From assembly GCA_963677635.2 (NCBI GenBank), contig CAXXXN010000002.1, positions 4,724-68,723 on the forward strand: DNA of 64,000 bases. Direction: 5' to 3'. The notes below the pieces were generated by a model, which was given only the letters and a program-made list of their open reading frames with translations, did not search any database and had not been told where the DNA came from. The translations under genes and the position numbers were made by a program. This DNA is from Sphaerochaetaceae bacterium (GTDB taxonomy: Bacteria; Spirochaetota; Spirochaetia; Sphaerochaetales; Sphaerochaetaceae). This document shows, piece after piece, positions 55,389 to 64,000 of the stretch; the first letter of the stretch is position 1, and every line of letters begins with the position of its first letter.

Positions 55389-56675
55389 ATGGATTATTCT
55401 TTAATTTCAAAGATTTTAGAAGAAACTGAAATACCTCGATTTTTTAAAGTTCGTCAGATATTTCCTAGACCTAAAATTGATGTTGCTGATATTCCTGGAA
55501 AAATTAGTGAATTATTAAGTGAACCAAAATTTTCAGATCAAATTAAACCTGGTATGAGAATTGCAATTACTGTGGGTTCAAGAGGTGTTGCTAATGTTGC
55601 ATTAACAACTAAGTGTATTGTTGATTTTGTTAAACAGAAAAAGGCTTTCCCTTTTATTGTTCCTTCCATGGGTAGTCATGGAGGAGCAACTGCTGAAGGT
55701 CAAAGAAAAATAGTTGAAGGCTATGGTGTTACTGAAGAATATATTGGTTGTCCGATTCTATCTTCAATGGAAGTAAAAAAAATAGGACAAACAGATGATG
55801 GTTTAGATGTTTATATTGATAAAAATGCCGCTGAAGCAGATGGTATTATTGTAGGTTGTAGAATTAAACCACATACTGCTTTTAGAGGTCCTTATGAAAG
55901 TGGAATCATGAAGATGATGGCAATTGGATTAGGAAAACAGTATGGTGCTCAAGTTTGTCATGAAGCAGGATTTAAAAATATGCATAAAAATGTACCATTG
56001 TTTGGTCGTGCAATTTTAAAACATGCGCCTATTCTTTTTGCTGTTCCAACTATTGAAAATGCATTTGATGAGACAAGTGAAATTTTTGCAATTAACAGTG
56101 ATGAAGTTGATGAAAAAGAGCCTCAGATTTTGAAAAAAGCTTTCAGCTTGATGCCTAAAATTTGGGAAAAATCATGTGATGTACTAGTCGTTGACCATAT
56201 TGGAAAAAATTATAGTGGTGATGGAATGGATCCTAATATTACTGGAACATTTTGTACCCCTTATGCAACTGGTGGAATAGATGCTCAAAGAGTATGTGTT
56301 TTAGATTTGAGTGAAGAGACTCATGGTAACGGAATTGGTTTAGGTTATGCTAATGCAACAACAAAGAGAGTTTTTGATAAACTTGATTTAGAATCTATGT
56401 ATCCTAATGCTATTACTTGTACTGTTTTGGGTGGAGTAAGAATTCCAATTATTATGAAAAATGATGAAGAGACTTTGAAAGTTTGTATTCAAACTTGCAA
56501 TGAAATTGACAAAAAGAATCCTAAAATAGTAAGAATTCCAAATAGTTTATTTTTGGAACATGTTTTATTAAGTGAAGCTTATTATGATGAGGCTGTTAAT
56601 AATCCTAATTTAGTTATCGAGAGTGATTTGGAATATCTTCCTTTTGATGATAGTGGTAATTTATTAGATTTATAA
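55389..56675 (+). CDS. LarA-N-terminal-like (DUF2088-type) domain protein, function unknown
   Basis: 428-aa soluble protein with ITVGSRGVANV and PSMGSHGGATAEGQ segments. I associate these with lactate-racemase-domain proteins. Not verified. Confidence 0.35.
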   Translation: MDYSLISKILEETEIPRFFKVRQIFPRPKIDVADIPGKISELLSEPKFSDQIKPGMRIAITVGSRGVANVALTTKCIVDFVKQKKAFPFIVPSMGSHGGATAEGQRKIVEGYGVTEEYIGCPILSSMEVKKIGQTDDGLDVYIDKNAAEADGIIVGCRIKPHTAFRGPYESGIMKMMAIGLGKQYGAQVCHEAGFKNMHKNVPLFGRAILKHAPILFAVPTIENAFDETSEIFAINSDEVDEKEPQILKKAFSLMPKIWEKSCDVLVVDHIGKNYSGDGMDPNITGTFCTPYATGGIDAQRVCVLDLSEETHGNGIGLGYANATTKRVFDKLDLESMYPNAITCTVLGGVRIPIIMKNDEETLKVCIQTCNEIDKKNPKIVRIPNSLFLEHVLLSEAYYDEAVNNPNLVIESDLEYLPFDDSGNLLDL

Positions 56676-56751
56676 AATAACTAAATAGATAATTATTAAT
56701 GGGATTTTGATTGACCTTATTTCAAAGCAAATCTAATTAAGTGCAAAATAA

Positions 56752-56806
56752 TTGCACTCCTTACTTATGAAGTATATTTACATAAGAAGAGAGTGCAAAT
56801 TTTTTT
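56752..56806. terminator. Bidirectional terminator between convergent operons
   Basis: Outer stem TTGCACTC/GAGTGCAA encloses the inner stem CTTACTTATG/CATAAGAAG and is followed by T7. Confidence 0.6.
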
Positions 56807-56862
56807 AATATAGTAATCTCTAAAAAATTAAAATTAATTTAAATATTAGTTTTAAGATTTCT

Positions 56863-58290
56863 TTATTGATTTATATCTTTTAATGCAGGATATAGTTTTT
56901 TAAATTTAGTAAATTTATCTCTATATCTATTATATCTTTCCACTTGAGGGGAGTAGGTAGTTTTGTCTTTTTTTGAAAGTAAATTTGCTATAAATTCATC
57001 ATAAGAGTTTATAAGGCCTTCTTTAATTAATACAGAACTTGTTAATGAAATACTTGGAAGGTATTCACTATCACTATAGACAGTAACAGGAACTTCAAAA
57101 ATATTACTAAATATTTGATTCCAAACTTTTGTTAATGCGCCACCACCTATAAGAGATATAGTGGTTGGTGTAACGCCTAATTCAACAATTCCTTGCTTAA
57201 GGGAGAATGCGACCCCTTCTAATGCACTTATTACTAAATCTATTAATGTAGTTTTTGGGGTTAAGCCGAAGTAGCAGCCTCTAATTTTATTATCTGCAAC
57301 AGGATATCTTTCTCCAACTAAATAAGGAAGTGTTATTAAATCGGTTTCATAATTAATATTATCTTCTAATAATTTATCCATTTCTTGATACTTGTTATCA
57401 TTATTTTGGAAAATCATATTAGTTACCCATTTATGGATAGATGATGCATTTAATACTGGGATTACATTAATATAATAGTTTTCATTAATAGCACATAAAT
57501 TAAAAGCATCTTTATTAGGAGTTCTAGATATATTAGCAATCCAACCACTAGTCCCTAAGTTTATGTTTAATTCATTATCTTTAACAATTCCACTTGCAAG
57601 AGTTGTAGCACCTGCGTCTCCAGAACCTGCAAAAACTACTAATTTCTCATTCAATCCAAGTTCTATTGCTATATCTTTTTCTATAGTTCCCACTACATCT
57701 CCACAATTTAATATCTTAGGAAGGATTTCTTCTTTAACTTCTATTTCTTCTATATATTCTTTTTTATAAATATCCATCATACCAGTAGTGGATAGGGTTA
57801 CTGTATCAGCTACTGCGATATTTGTTAGATATAGTGTTATGTAATCTTTGGGAGAAAATAATATCTTTTTAGTTTTATTAATTATTTGAGCTTTATTATC
57901 TCTCATCCAGTACATTTTTGCTAAAGGAATAGAACCATTCATTTTTATTGTTGTCTTTTCTTCTATTTCTTTACTTATTTTATTAACATAATTATCTCCT
58001 CTTTGATCATTGTAAAGAATTGCATTACAAAGAGGTGTGTTATTTTCATCAATAAATATTAAATCTTGCATTTGCCCTGAGGAGATGAGATGAGTTAGTT
58101 GATCTTTTTCTTTATAAGATTTTATTAAATCATTAAACACATTTAGCCACTGAGCTGGAGATTGCTCAATAAAACCATCTTTTATTATAGTATCTATATC
58201 TATTTTTTTATTATATAAAATATTTGCTTTTTCATCTAAAACTACAAATTTAATAGCCGTAGTTCCAAAATCAAATGTAGCTATTTTCAT
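56863..58290 (-). CDS. FGGY family carbohydrate kinase
   Basis: N-terminal MKIATFDFGTTAIKFVV, with internal GSGDAGATTLASG and GGGALTKVW motifs. Confidence 0.8.
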   Translation of the reverse strand: MKIATFDFGTTAIKFVVLDEKANILYNKKIDIDTIIKDGFIEQSPAQWLNVFNDLIKSYKEKDQLTHLISSGQMQDLIFIDENNTPLCNAILYNDQRGDNYVNKISKEIEEKTTIKMNGSIPLAKMYWMRDNKAQIINKTKKILFSPKDYITLYLTNIAVADTVTLSTTGMMDIYKKEYIEEIEVKEEILPKILNCGDVVGTIEKDIAIELGLNEKLVVFAGSGDAGATTLASGIVKDNELNINLGTSGWIANISRTPNKDAFNLCAINENYYINVIPVLNASSIHKWVTNMIFQNNDNKYQEMDKLLEDNINYETDLITLPYLVGERYPVADNKIRGCYFGLTPKTTLIDLVISALEGVAFSLKQGIVELGVTPTTISLIGGGALTKVWNQIFSNIFEVPVTVYSDSEYLPSISLTSSVLIKEGLINSYDEFIANLLSKKDKTTYSPQVERYNRYRDKFTKFKKLYPALKDINQ

Positions 58291-59054
58291 AAATCTTTAC
58301 TCCTAGATAAATCTATTAAGAAGTTAAATAATTCTTCTTCTGAAGTATTATATCTTTTTAGTAGTTCAGTTCCTATAACAGCCCCTTTAAATCCTTTATT
58401 ATAGACAATATCTAACTTTTCTTTATTATTTAATCCAAAACCTGCAAAAGGAATTGTATTGGGATATTTTGTTAATGAGTAATTAAGCATTTTATCATAA
58501 TTTGTTTCACTATGATTACTTCCTGTAACTCCAACATATAATTGTTCATAAATAAAAGTAAATTTACTTAATACTTGATCCATTTCAATTTCACTCATAG
58601 AAGGGTTTACAAAGCCTATAACATCAACATCATATTGCTTTAATTCTTCTTGAAGTTTGATTCTATTTTCATTATTGGTATCAGGAATAACAATTGCATC
58701 GATTAAATTTAATTTTGCGAATTCTTTATAAATTCCTGTGGTAATAAAATCATCTTTATAAGCCATTAACCAGATAGGATAATCAGTTGTTTTTCTTATT
58801 TTTTCCCAATAAGAGGGAGAAGTTGCAACATTTTTATCAACAATGGAATGAGCATTAGATATTACTTTTCCATCAGAATATGGATTAGTTGATGGAAATC
58901 CTAATTCTAAAACATCAATTGTATTATTTGGAATATTGTTTATTAGGTTTAAAAATTCATCACAGTCTTTGTAACCGGCTAATAAATATCCGATTAAAAA
59001 TGGATTGTCTTTTTCAGTAATTAATTTATTTTTCAGTGAATATATTTTAGTCAT
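58287..59054 (-). CDS. Tryptophan synthase alpha chain-like TIM-barrel protein (second orphan copy)
   Basis: IDVLELGFPSTNPYSDGKVI matches the TrpA catalytic Glu and Asp loop. FAGFGL and GAVIGTELLK match the phosphate-binding loops. ATGA-type overlap with the kinase. Confidence 0.6.
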   Translation of the reverse strand: MTKIYSLKNKLITEKDNPFLIGYLLAGYKDCDEFLNLINNIPNNTIDVLELGFPSTNPYSDGKVISNAHSIVDKNVATSPSYWEKIRKTTDYPIWLMAYKDDFITTGIYKEFAKLNLIDAIVIPDTNNENRIKLQEELKQYDVDVIGFVNPSMSEIEMDQVLSKFTFIYEQLYVGVTGSNHSETNYDKMLNYSLTKYPNTIPFAGFGLNNKEKLDIVYNKGFKGAVIGTELLKRYNTSEEELFNFLIDLSRSKDL

Positions 59055-60030
59055 TATTACTGTTTCCTACTTTTTGTCCTACTACTGCAATTATAATTAT
59101 TAGTCCTGTTAGAATGTTTTGGATAAAGGTAGGAACTTGAAGGATTGTTAATCCATTTGCTAATACTGTAAATATTGCAACACCTACTAGAGTCCCTAGT
59201 ATGTTTGGAACGCCTTCTTTGAATAATGTTATTCCAATAAATATAGTTGCATAAGCATTTAAGTTATATGCATCTCCTGCTGTAGGGGATGCAGATCCAA
59301 CTCTACTTGCTAATAATACTCCAGCAAAACCAGCCATTAGTCCTGAGATAGCAAAAGCTAGAGTTTTATTAAGTTCTACTTTTACACCAGATACTTTACT
59401 TGCTACTTCATTTCCACCGATAGCATATAATTTTCTACCAAAAGCTGTATATTTAGTTATATAAACAAATATTATAGATATTATTATCATTAGAATTGTT
59501 AAATAGGGGATAGGTCCAATTTTAGCTGTTCCAATAAACTTAAATGATTTAGGAATATCATTGAAAATTATTGCTCCACCACTTAACCAATATGTTAAGC
59601 CATATATCATTCTTCCCATAGCAAGAGTAATAATAAAAGACATTACTTTAAACTTTGTAACAATAAAACCATTTATTAAGCCTAAGATTCCACTTATAAA
59701 AGTAGCTATAATTAAGGCAAAAACAAAAGGCACGCCATTTATAGCTAGAAGAGCAGATAATACTCCACTAAAAGATGCAATATTTCCAACACTCAAATCG
59801 AATTCAGAAACACACATTATTAATGTAGCCCCTAATGCTATAACAGCTAATATTGCCATTTGTCTTGTAATATTCCAAAAGTTTGTTGAAGAAAGAAATG
59901 CTCTTGGATTTAATATTCCAAATAATATGATTATTAGAACTAGAGCAATTATTGTCCCATATGTATACATTATATCTTTGAACTTTGTGTTTTTAAAATT
60001 ATTCATTATATTTACCTTTCTTTGTAGCAA
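59047..60030 (-). CDS. Sugar ABC transporter permease (RbsC/AraH-like)
   Basis: 327-aa polytopic protein of BPD_transp_2 type that overlaps its neighbours. Confidence 0.85.
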   Translation of the reverse strand: MLQRKVNIMNNFKNTKFKDIMYTYGTIIALVLIIILFGILNPRAFLSSTNFWNITRQMAILAVIALGATLIMCVSEFDLSVGNIASFSGVLSALLAINGVPFVFALIIATFISGILGLINGFIVTKFKVMSFIITLAMGRMIYGLTYWLSGGAIIFNDIPKSFKFIGTAKIGPIPYLTILMIIISIIFVYITKYTAFGRKLYAIGGNEVASKVSGVKVELNKTLAFAISGLMAGFAGVLLASRVGSASPTAGDAYNLNAYATIFIGITLFKEGVPNILGTLVGVAIFTVLANGLTILQVPTFIQNILTGLIIIIAVVGQKVGNSNND

Positions 60031-61514
60031 TATTGTAGGATTGTTTTTGAATCAATATTGTTATTATTTATTAATTCGTGGGTTTTCCCATTTGCCATAA
60101 TTAATATATTATCGGCTATTTCAAGCATTTCTAATAAATCACTTGTAACATAAACTATAGCTTTACCTTCAGCTGCTTTTGCTCTTAGAAGTGTATGTAT
60201 TTCACTTCTTGTCATAATATCTACAGCTTGTGTTGGTTCATCACATAGAAATACTTCAGGATTGAATATTAGGGATTTTGCAAAAACTACTTTTTGTTGA
60301 TTCCCTCCAGATAACTGTGCAACTTTTTGATTATTGTTAACAGCCTTTATATTTAGTTCTTGTATTTTATCATTTACATCACTATTTTCTTTTTTGCTAT
60401 TATATAATCCTTTTTGGACATAACTATCTATTATAGGTAAAACAACATTGTTTTTAATACTTCTATTTATTACTAAAGAATGACCTCGTCTATCTTCATG
60501 TATCAACCCAATTCCATTTTTAATTGAATTTTTAGGAGATAGTTTTTCAAGGCGTTTTCCCTTATAAAAGACTTCTCCATTAGTTATATTTTTATAACCA
60601 TAGATCCCTTCTAATAGCTCTGTTCTACCACTTCCACCAAGTCCGAAAATACCAAGTATTTCTCCTTTGTGAACTTCAAATGAAGCATCTTTTACAACTT
60701 TATCCTTAGTAGCTATATTTTTTACACTAAAGAGTACTTGCTCTAACTCTTTGTTATCATGGTTTATAGTTGAAGTTTTCTCTTTTGATTTTTCATTATC
60801 AGTCATTGCTGAAATTAAATCATCTTTAGTTGTGTTTTTTGTTAAAACAGTTTCAACCATTTCACCGTTTCTAAAAACTGTAATTCTATCTGTCAATGCA
60901 AAGATTTCGTCCATTCTGTGTGTAACATATAAAATTGCAGTTCCAGCTTTATTTAATTTTTTGATTATATCAAATAATATAATTGTCTCTTTATCTGTTA
61001 ATGCAGCCGTTGGTTCATCAAGAATTAATAACTTACAATCACTTAACATTGCTCTTATTATTTCAATGAGAGTCTGCTGAGGAGGGGATAATTCTTTTGC
61101 CATAAGATTTAATGGTACTTCTATTCCATATTTATCCATTATGACTTCTATTTTTGCTCTCATAGCATTAAAATCGACTGATACTTTGTTTTTCTTTTTT
61201 TCATAGGGTAAACCTAGGAATATGTTTTCTATACCGTTAAAAGAGGGGATTAAGTGTCTATCTTGATGTATAACATTAATACCTAAGTCTCTACTTTTAA
61301 CTGGATCTTTTATATCTGCTAACTCTCCATTAACATAGATTTCTCCCTCTGTTAATGAATAAACTCCTGTTAAGATTTTAATAAGAGTAGATTTACCTGC
61401 TCCATTTTCTCCAACCAGGCCATGTATTTCCCCTTTCTTTATAGAAAAGTTAATATCATTAAGAGCATACATTGATCCAAATACTTTTGTTAAATGTTTA
61501 GTTTCAACTATCAT
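60012..61514 (-). CDS. Sugar ABC transporter ATP-binding protein with duplicated ATPase domains (RbsA-like)
   Basis: Walker A GENGAGKST, Walker B LLILDEPTAALT, and a second-cassette LSGGNQQK. Confidence 0.9.
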   Translation of the reverse strand: MIVETKHLTKVFGSMYALNDINFSIKKGEIHGLVGENGAGKSTLIKILTGVYSLTEGEIYVNGELADIKDPVKSRDLGINVIHQDRHLIPSFNGIENIFLGLPYEKKKNKVSVDFNAMRAKIEVIMDKYGIEVPLNLMAKELSPPQQTLIEIIRAMLSDCKLLILDEPTAALTDKETIILFDIIKKLNKAGTAILYVTHRMDEIFALTDRITVFRNGEMVETVLTKNTTKDDLISAMTDNEKSKEKTSTINHDNKELEQVLFSVKNIATKDKVVKDASFEVHKGEILGIFGLGGSGRTELLEGIYGYKNITNGEVFYKGKRLEKLSPKNSIKNGIGLIHEDRRGHSLVINRSIKNNVVLPIIDSYVQKGLYNSKKENSDVNDKIQELNIKAVNNNQKVAQLSGGNQQKVVFAKSLIFNPEVFLCDEPTQAVDIMTRSEIHTLLRAKAAEGKAIVYVTSDLLEMLEIADNILIMANGKTHELINNNNIDSKTILQYCYKER

Positions 61515-61530
61515 AAGGTTTCCTTATTTT

Positions 61531-61566
61531 AATAAATATCCAACCAAAATTGGCTGGATATTTATT
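61531..61566 (-). terminator. Intra-operon hairpin after the binding-protein gene
   Basis: AATAAATATCCAACC ... GGCTGGATATTTATT: 15-bp arms with one mismatch (a G-U pair in RNA). Confidence 0.45.
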
Positions 61567-61577
61567 TATCAACTCAA

Positions 61578-62492
61578 TTAATCAATTAAAAGAGCTGGAA
61601 CGTATTTCTCGCCTTTTTCTACTTTTTCACCATTCAAAACTTTTGTAACATCATTTGCAACTAAATCAGCCATTGATAAGAAATCTTGAGCTAATGTTGC
61701 TTTGAAGTTAGTGCCTTGCTCAATTAATTTTAGAGCTTGTTCATTTCCATCAACACCAACAACTAATACTTCATCTCTTCCTGCTTCTTGTAATGCTTGT
61801 GTTGCACCAATTGCTGGTTCATCCCATGCACATAGTATTGCATTGATACTTCCTTTTTCTGGGTAAGTGGTTAATAAATTTTCAACAATTTCTTTTGAAT
61901 TATTTATTTGATTTGGTACATCAACATGATGTTCACTAATTAGAGTTATGTCAGGATTTTGTTTTAAAACATCTTCCATTGCATAAGATCTTTGAACAAC
62001 ACCAGGATGTGGTCTATGTGTTAAATGTACGATTGTTCCTTTGTGATCCATCTTATCAAATAAATAAGAGCTTATCATTTCTCCCATTTGATAGTTATCA
62101 CTTGAAGCATTCATTTGCATTGAATCAATGTATCCAGCATCACAGCCAAATACACTAACTCCAGCATCAGCAGCCTCATTGATTTGTGTTTCACAAATTT
62201 TTGGATCAACACTTACAATAATAATAGCACTGGAGCCTGAAACTACACTTGTTTCAATGTCACTTACTAATCTGCTATTATCATTAGCTGAATCATTTAC
62301 TATTACAGTAAATCCATTTTCAACAAGTTTTGCTTCCATATCTTCTACCATTTGTTTTGTAGTAACAGATGATAAATATGGAGTACAAATTGATACTTGT
62401 TTTTGCTTTTCACTATTACCACCGGCAAATAGTGTTGATGGTATTATAAATAAAACCATTGCCATAATTAATAAAAGATTTCTTTTTTTCAT
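61578..62492 (-). CDS. Sugar ABC transporter substrate-binding protein (RbsB-like, type I periplasmic binding fold)
   Basis: Signal peptide ending TLFAGG. 304 aa, upstream of the RbsA/RbsC-like genes. Confidence 0.8.
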   Translation of the reverse strand: MKKRNLLLIMAMVLFIIPSTLFAGGNSEKQKQVSICTPYLSSVTTKQMVEDMEAKLVENGFTVIVNDSANDNSRLVSDIETSVVSGSSAIIIVSVDPKICETQINEAADAGVSVFGCDAGYIDSMQMNASSDNYQMGEMISSYLFDKMDHKGTIVHLTHRPHPGVVQRSYAMEDVLKQNPDITLISEHHVDVPNQINNSKEIVENLLTTYPEKGSINAILCAWDEPAIGATQALQEAGRDEVLVVGVDGNEQALKLIEQGTNFKATLAQDFLSMADLVANDVTKVLNGEKVEKGEKYVPALLID

Positions 62493-62511
62493 AACTTTCT
62501 CCTCTTTTTGT

Positions 62512-63450
62512 TTAATCTATTAATTTTTTTGCTGTTTCAAGAGATGTAATAAATACATCTACGTATTCACCTTTAAGAACTGCTTTTATAGCAGCTAATT
62601 TTTCATCACCCATTGCTATTGCAACTTTTTTAGATTGTTTTAGATCTAAAATGGAATGACCTAATATTTTGTTTGCAATGCTTGAATTGATTACTTTCCC
62701 ATCTTTATTAATATAGGAACAACAGATGTTTGCAACGGCTCCTTCTTTTTTTAGTATTTCCAATTCATTTTTCGATAAACCACTTGCTAATATACCTGTT
62801 GAATTTGTTGTAACAGAACCTATTCCTAACAAAGCAACATCACAGTGTTTGCCCATTTGCATTACTTCATTTATTGATTCTTCATTCATTAGTGCAACTT
62901 TAGTTGCTTCACTGGTAAAATAGTTTGGAGCATTTAATAAATAGCATGTTCCATTTGTTTTTTTTGCAAATTCTTGACAAATATTGTTTGCTTGCCAAGT
63001 TTTTCCATTAATGCTTAATCCTCCGCAAAGAGGGACAAATGTTAATCCTCTGTTTTTAGAGCTATCTATTTTCTCACTTAATATTTCAACAGTTCTACCT
63101 GCCATTATTCCAACTATTTGATTGTTTTTAATTAATATATTGAATAATTCTTTTGAGGCGTTGGCTAATAGAGACATAGCTTCAGTATTATCGACTTGAC
63201 CAATATCATAAATATAAACCTCAGGGATGTTATATTTTTCACTTATCATATTTTGATAATTGTTTTCTTCAATATTTGGATAGTTTAATTTTATTGAAAT
63301 TAAATTCTCTTCTTTTGCTTTTGCTATAAATCTTGAGACTTGAGGTCTTGAAATATTTAAAATAGCTGAAATTTCTTTTTGGCTTTTTCCTTGAATATAA
63401 AACAGTTCACATATTTCTAATAAGTATTTTATATTATCTAAATTTTTCAT
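62512..63450 (-). CDS. SorC family sugar-binding transcriptional regulator
   Basis: N-terminal HTH (GKSQKEISAILNISRPQVSRFIAKAKEENLI) plus a sugar-phosphate-binding domain of about 250 aa. Confidence 0.8.
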   Translation of the reverse strand: MKNLDNIKYLLEICELFYIQGKSQKEISAILNISRPQVSRFIAKAKEENLISIKLNYPNIEENNYQNMISEKYNIPEVYIYDIGQVDNTEAMSLLANASKELFNILIKNNQIVGIMAGRTVEILSEKIDSSKNRGLTFVPLCGGLSINGKTWQANNICQEFAKKTNGTCYLLNAPNYFTSEATKVALMNEESINEVMQMGKHCDVALLGIGSVTTNSTGILASGLSKNELEILKKEGAVANICCSYINKDGKVINSSIANKILGHSILDLKQSKKVAIAMGDEKLAAIKAVLKGEYVDVFITSLETAKKLID

Positions 63451-63460
63451 TTTCCTCCTC

Positions 63461-63567
63461 TGAAATTAATTTCAAGCTATATAATTAATTTCATCTTTTA
63501 ATTTACTGTAACATAGAAATATATAAAAGCAAGGGAAAAATAGGGGAATGAAGAGAAATTAATTTCA
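63461..63567. promoter_or_regulatory. Three copies of an operator-like motif (TGAAATTAATTTCA palindrome)
   Basis: A perfect 14-bp palindrome at 63461-63474 abuts the RBS of the SorC gene. The other copies are ATTAATTTCA at 63484-63493 and GAAATTAATTTCA at 63555-63567. Confidence 0.5.
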
Positions 63568-63615
63568 ACTCATATTTGTATTTACTCAAATATAAATTAA
63601 AAAAGCATTAGTGAG

Positions 63616-64000
63616 GATTTTTATATTTAAAATTACAATTGTACAAACGAAGTTAATAATGAATTAGCAAAAATCCCTGTTTTTACTATAAATGATATAA
63701 TAAATATGGTTGGTAATGAAAAAACAGCATATTCAATTATATATCGTTTAATGAAAAAAGATTTAGAAAAGAAAATTAGAAATAATATTTATTCAGTTGT
63801 AAATCCAGCAACAGGTGATATAATTGCAAATTCTTATCAAATAGCATGTGCAATTTCTTCTTCAGCATATATTTCTCATCATAGCGCATTTGAATATTAT
63901 GGTTTAACAACTCAAGTGTATTATGAAATATGTGTGCCTTCAGATAACCGATTTAACAACTTTACTTATAATAACATGCATTATAAATATGTAGCTTCAA
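63616..64000 (+). CDS. AbiEi-like antitoxin/transcriptional regulator, 3' end outside window, start unclear
   Basis: The frame is open from 63616 to the window end. The wHTH-like N-terminus (FTINDIINMVGNEKTAYSIIYRLMKKD...IRNNIYSV) and ISHHSAFEYYGLT resemble AbiEi. There is no canonical start codon upstream of the ATG at 63706, so the gene may be decayed. Confidence 0.4.

Noticed and set aside
59561-60100. A 179-aa ORF lies antisense to the RbsC-like permease. Similar antisense ORFs occur at 43908..44306, 62128..62523, 60751..61080, 26156..26473, 29396..29686, 20573..20869, 372..587, 1920..2105, 3007..3267, 8208..8459, 32054..32335, 40361..40633, 44342..44821, 51920..52150, 57563..57769 and 62726..62923.
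   Set aside because: All lie entirely within or opposite well-supported genes. They have low-complexity or hydrophobic mirror composition typical of AT-rich antisense frames and no RBS or family motifs.
1-64000. I searched by eye for rRNA, tRNA, CRISPR arrays, IS elements and prophage structural genes.
   Set aside because: None was recognised. There are no GC-rich structured RNA-like islands apart from short hairpins and operator repeats, and no transposase or integrase motifs in any listed ORF.

Overview
This is an AT-rich bacterial chromosomal segment, roughly 28-30% GC by eye. It uses the standard genetic code: almost all stops are TAA or TAG, and TGA terminates two genes in ATGA overlaps. 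I saw no rRNA, tRNA, CRISPR array, integrase or intact transposase.

Most of the window is a mosaic of uptake and catabolic operons, each with its own regulator:
- five ABC importers: two CUT1 sugar-type, one LIV-type, one BMP/nucleoside-type and one ribose-type
- one TRAP transporter
- five GntR-family regulators, one ROK and one SorC
- all six secreted solute-binding proteins lack a lipobox Cys at the cleavage site and share an FA(N/G)G motif there, and five are followed by a perfect hairpin

Two accessory regions stand out:
1. 11.3-18.5 kb is a defence island. It holds a co-directional SMODS nucleotidyltransferase, a SLATT two-TM protein, a KAP P-loop NTPase, a small Met-Gly protein and a QueC-like PP-loop ATPase. 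This looks like QatABC without the TatD nuclease, placed directly behind a CBASS-like pair. Decayed RES-like and Fic genes follow it.
2. 46.3-50.0 kb is a complete His-Xaa-Ser system (hxsD-hxsB-hxsC-hxsA). It has two SPASM-type radical SAM enzymes and a secreted HxsA that carries seven HXS repeats plus ten DNA-identical 12-bp TPSS repeats.

Other points of note are two orphan TrpA-like TIM barrels each paired with a sugar kinase, several promoter-embedded palindromic operators, and at least three pseudogenes (Fic, RES-like, DUF4268-like).

All family calls come from motif recognition by eye. No database search was run.
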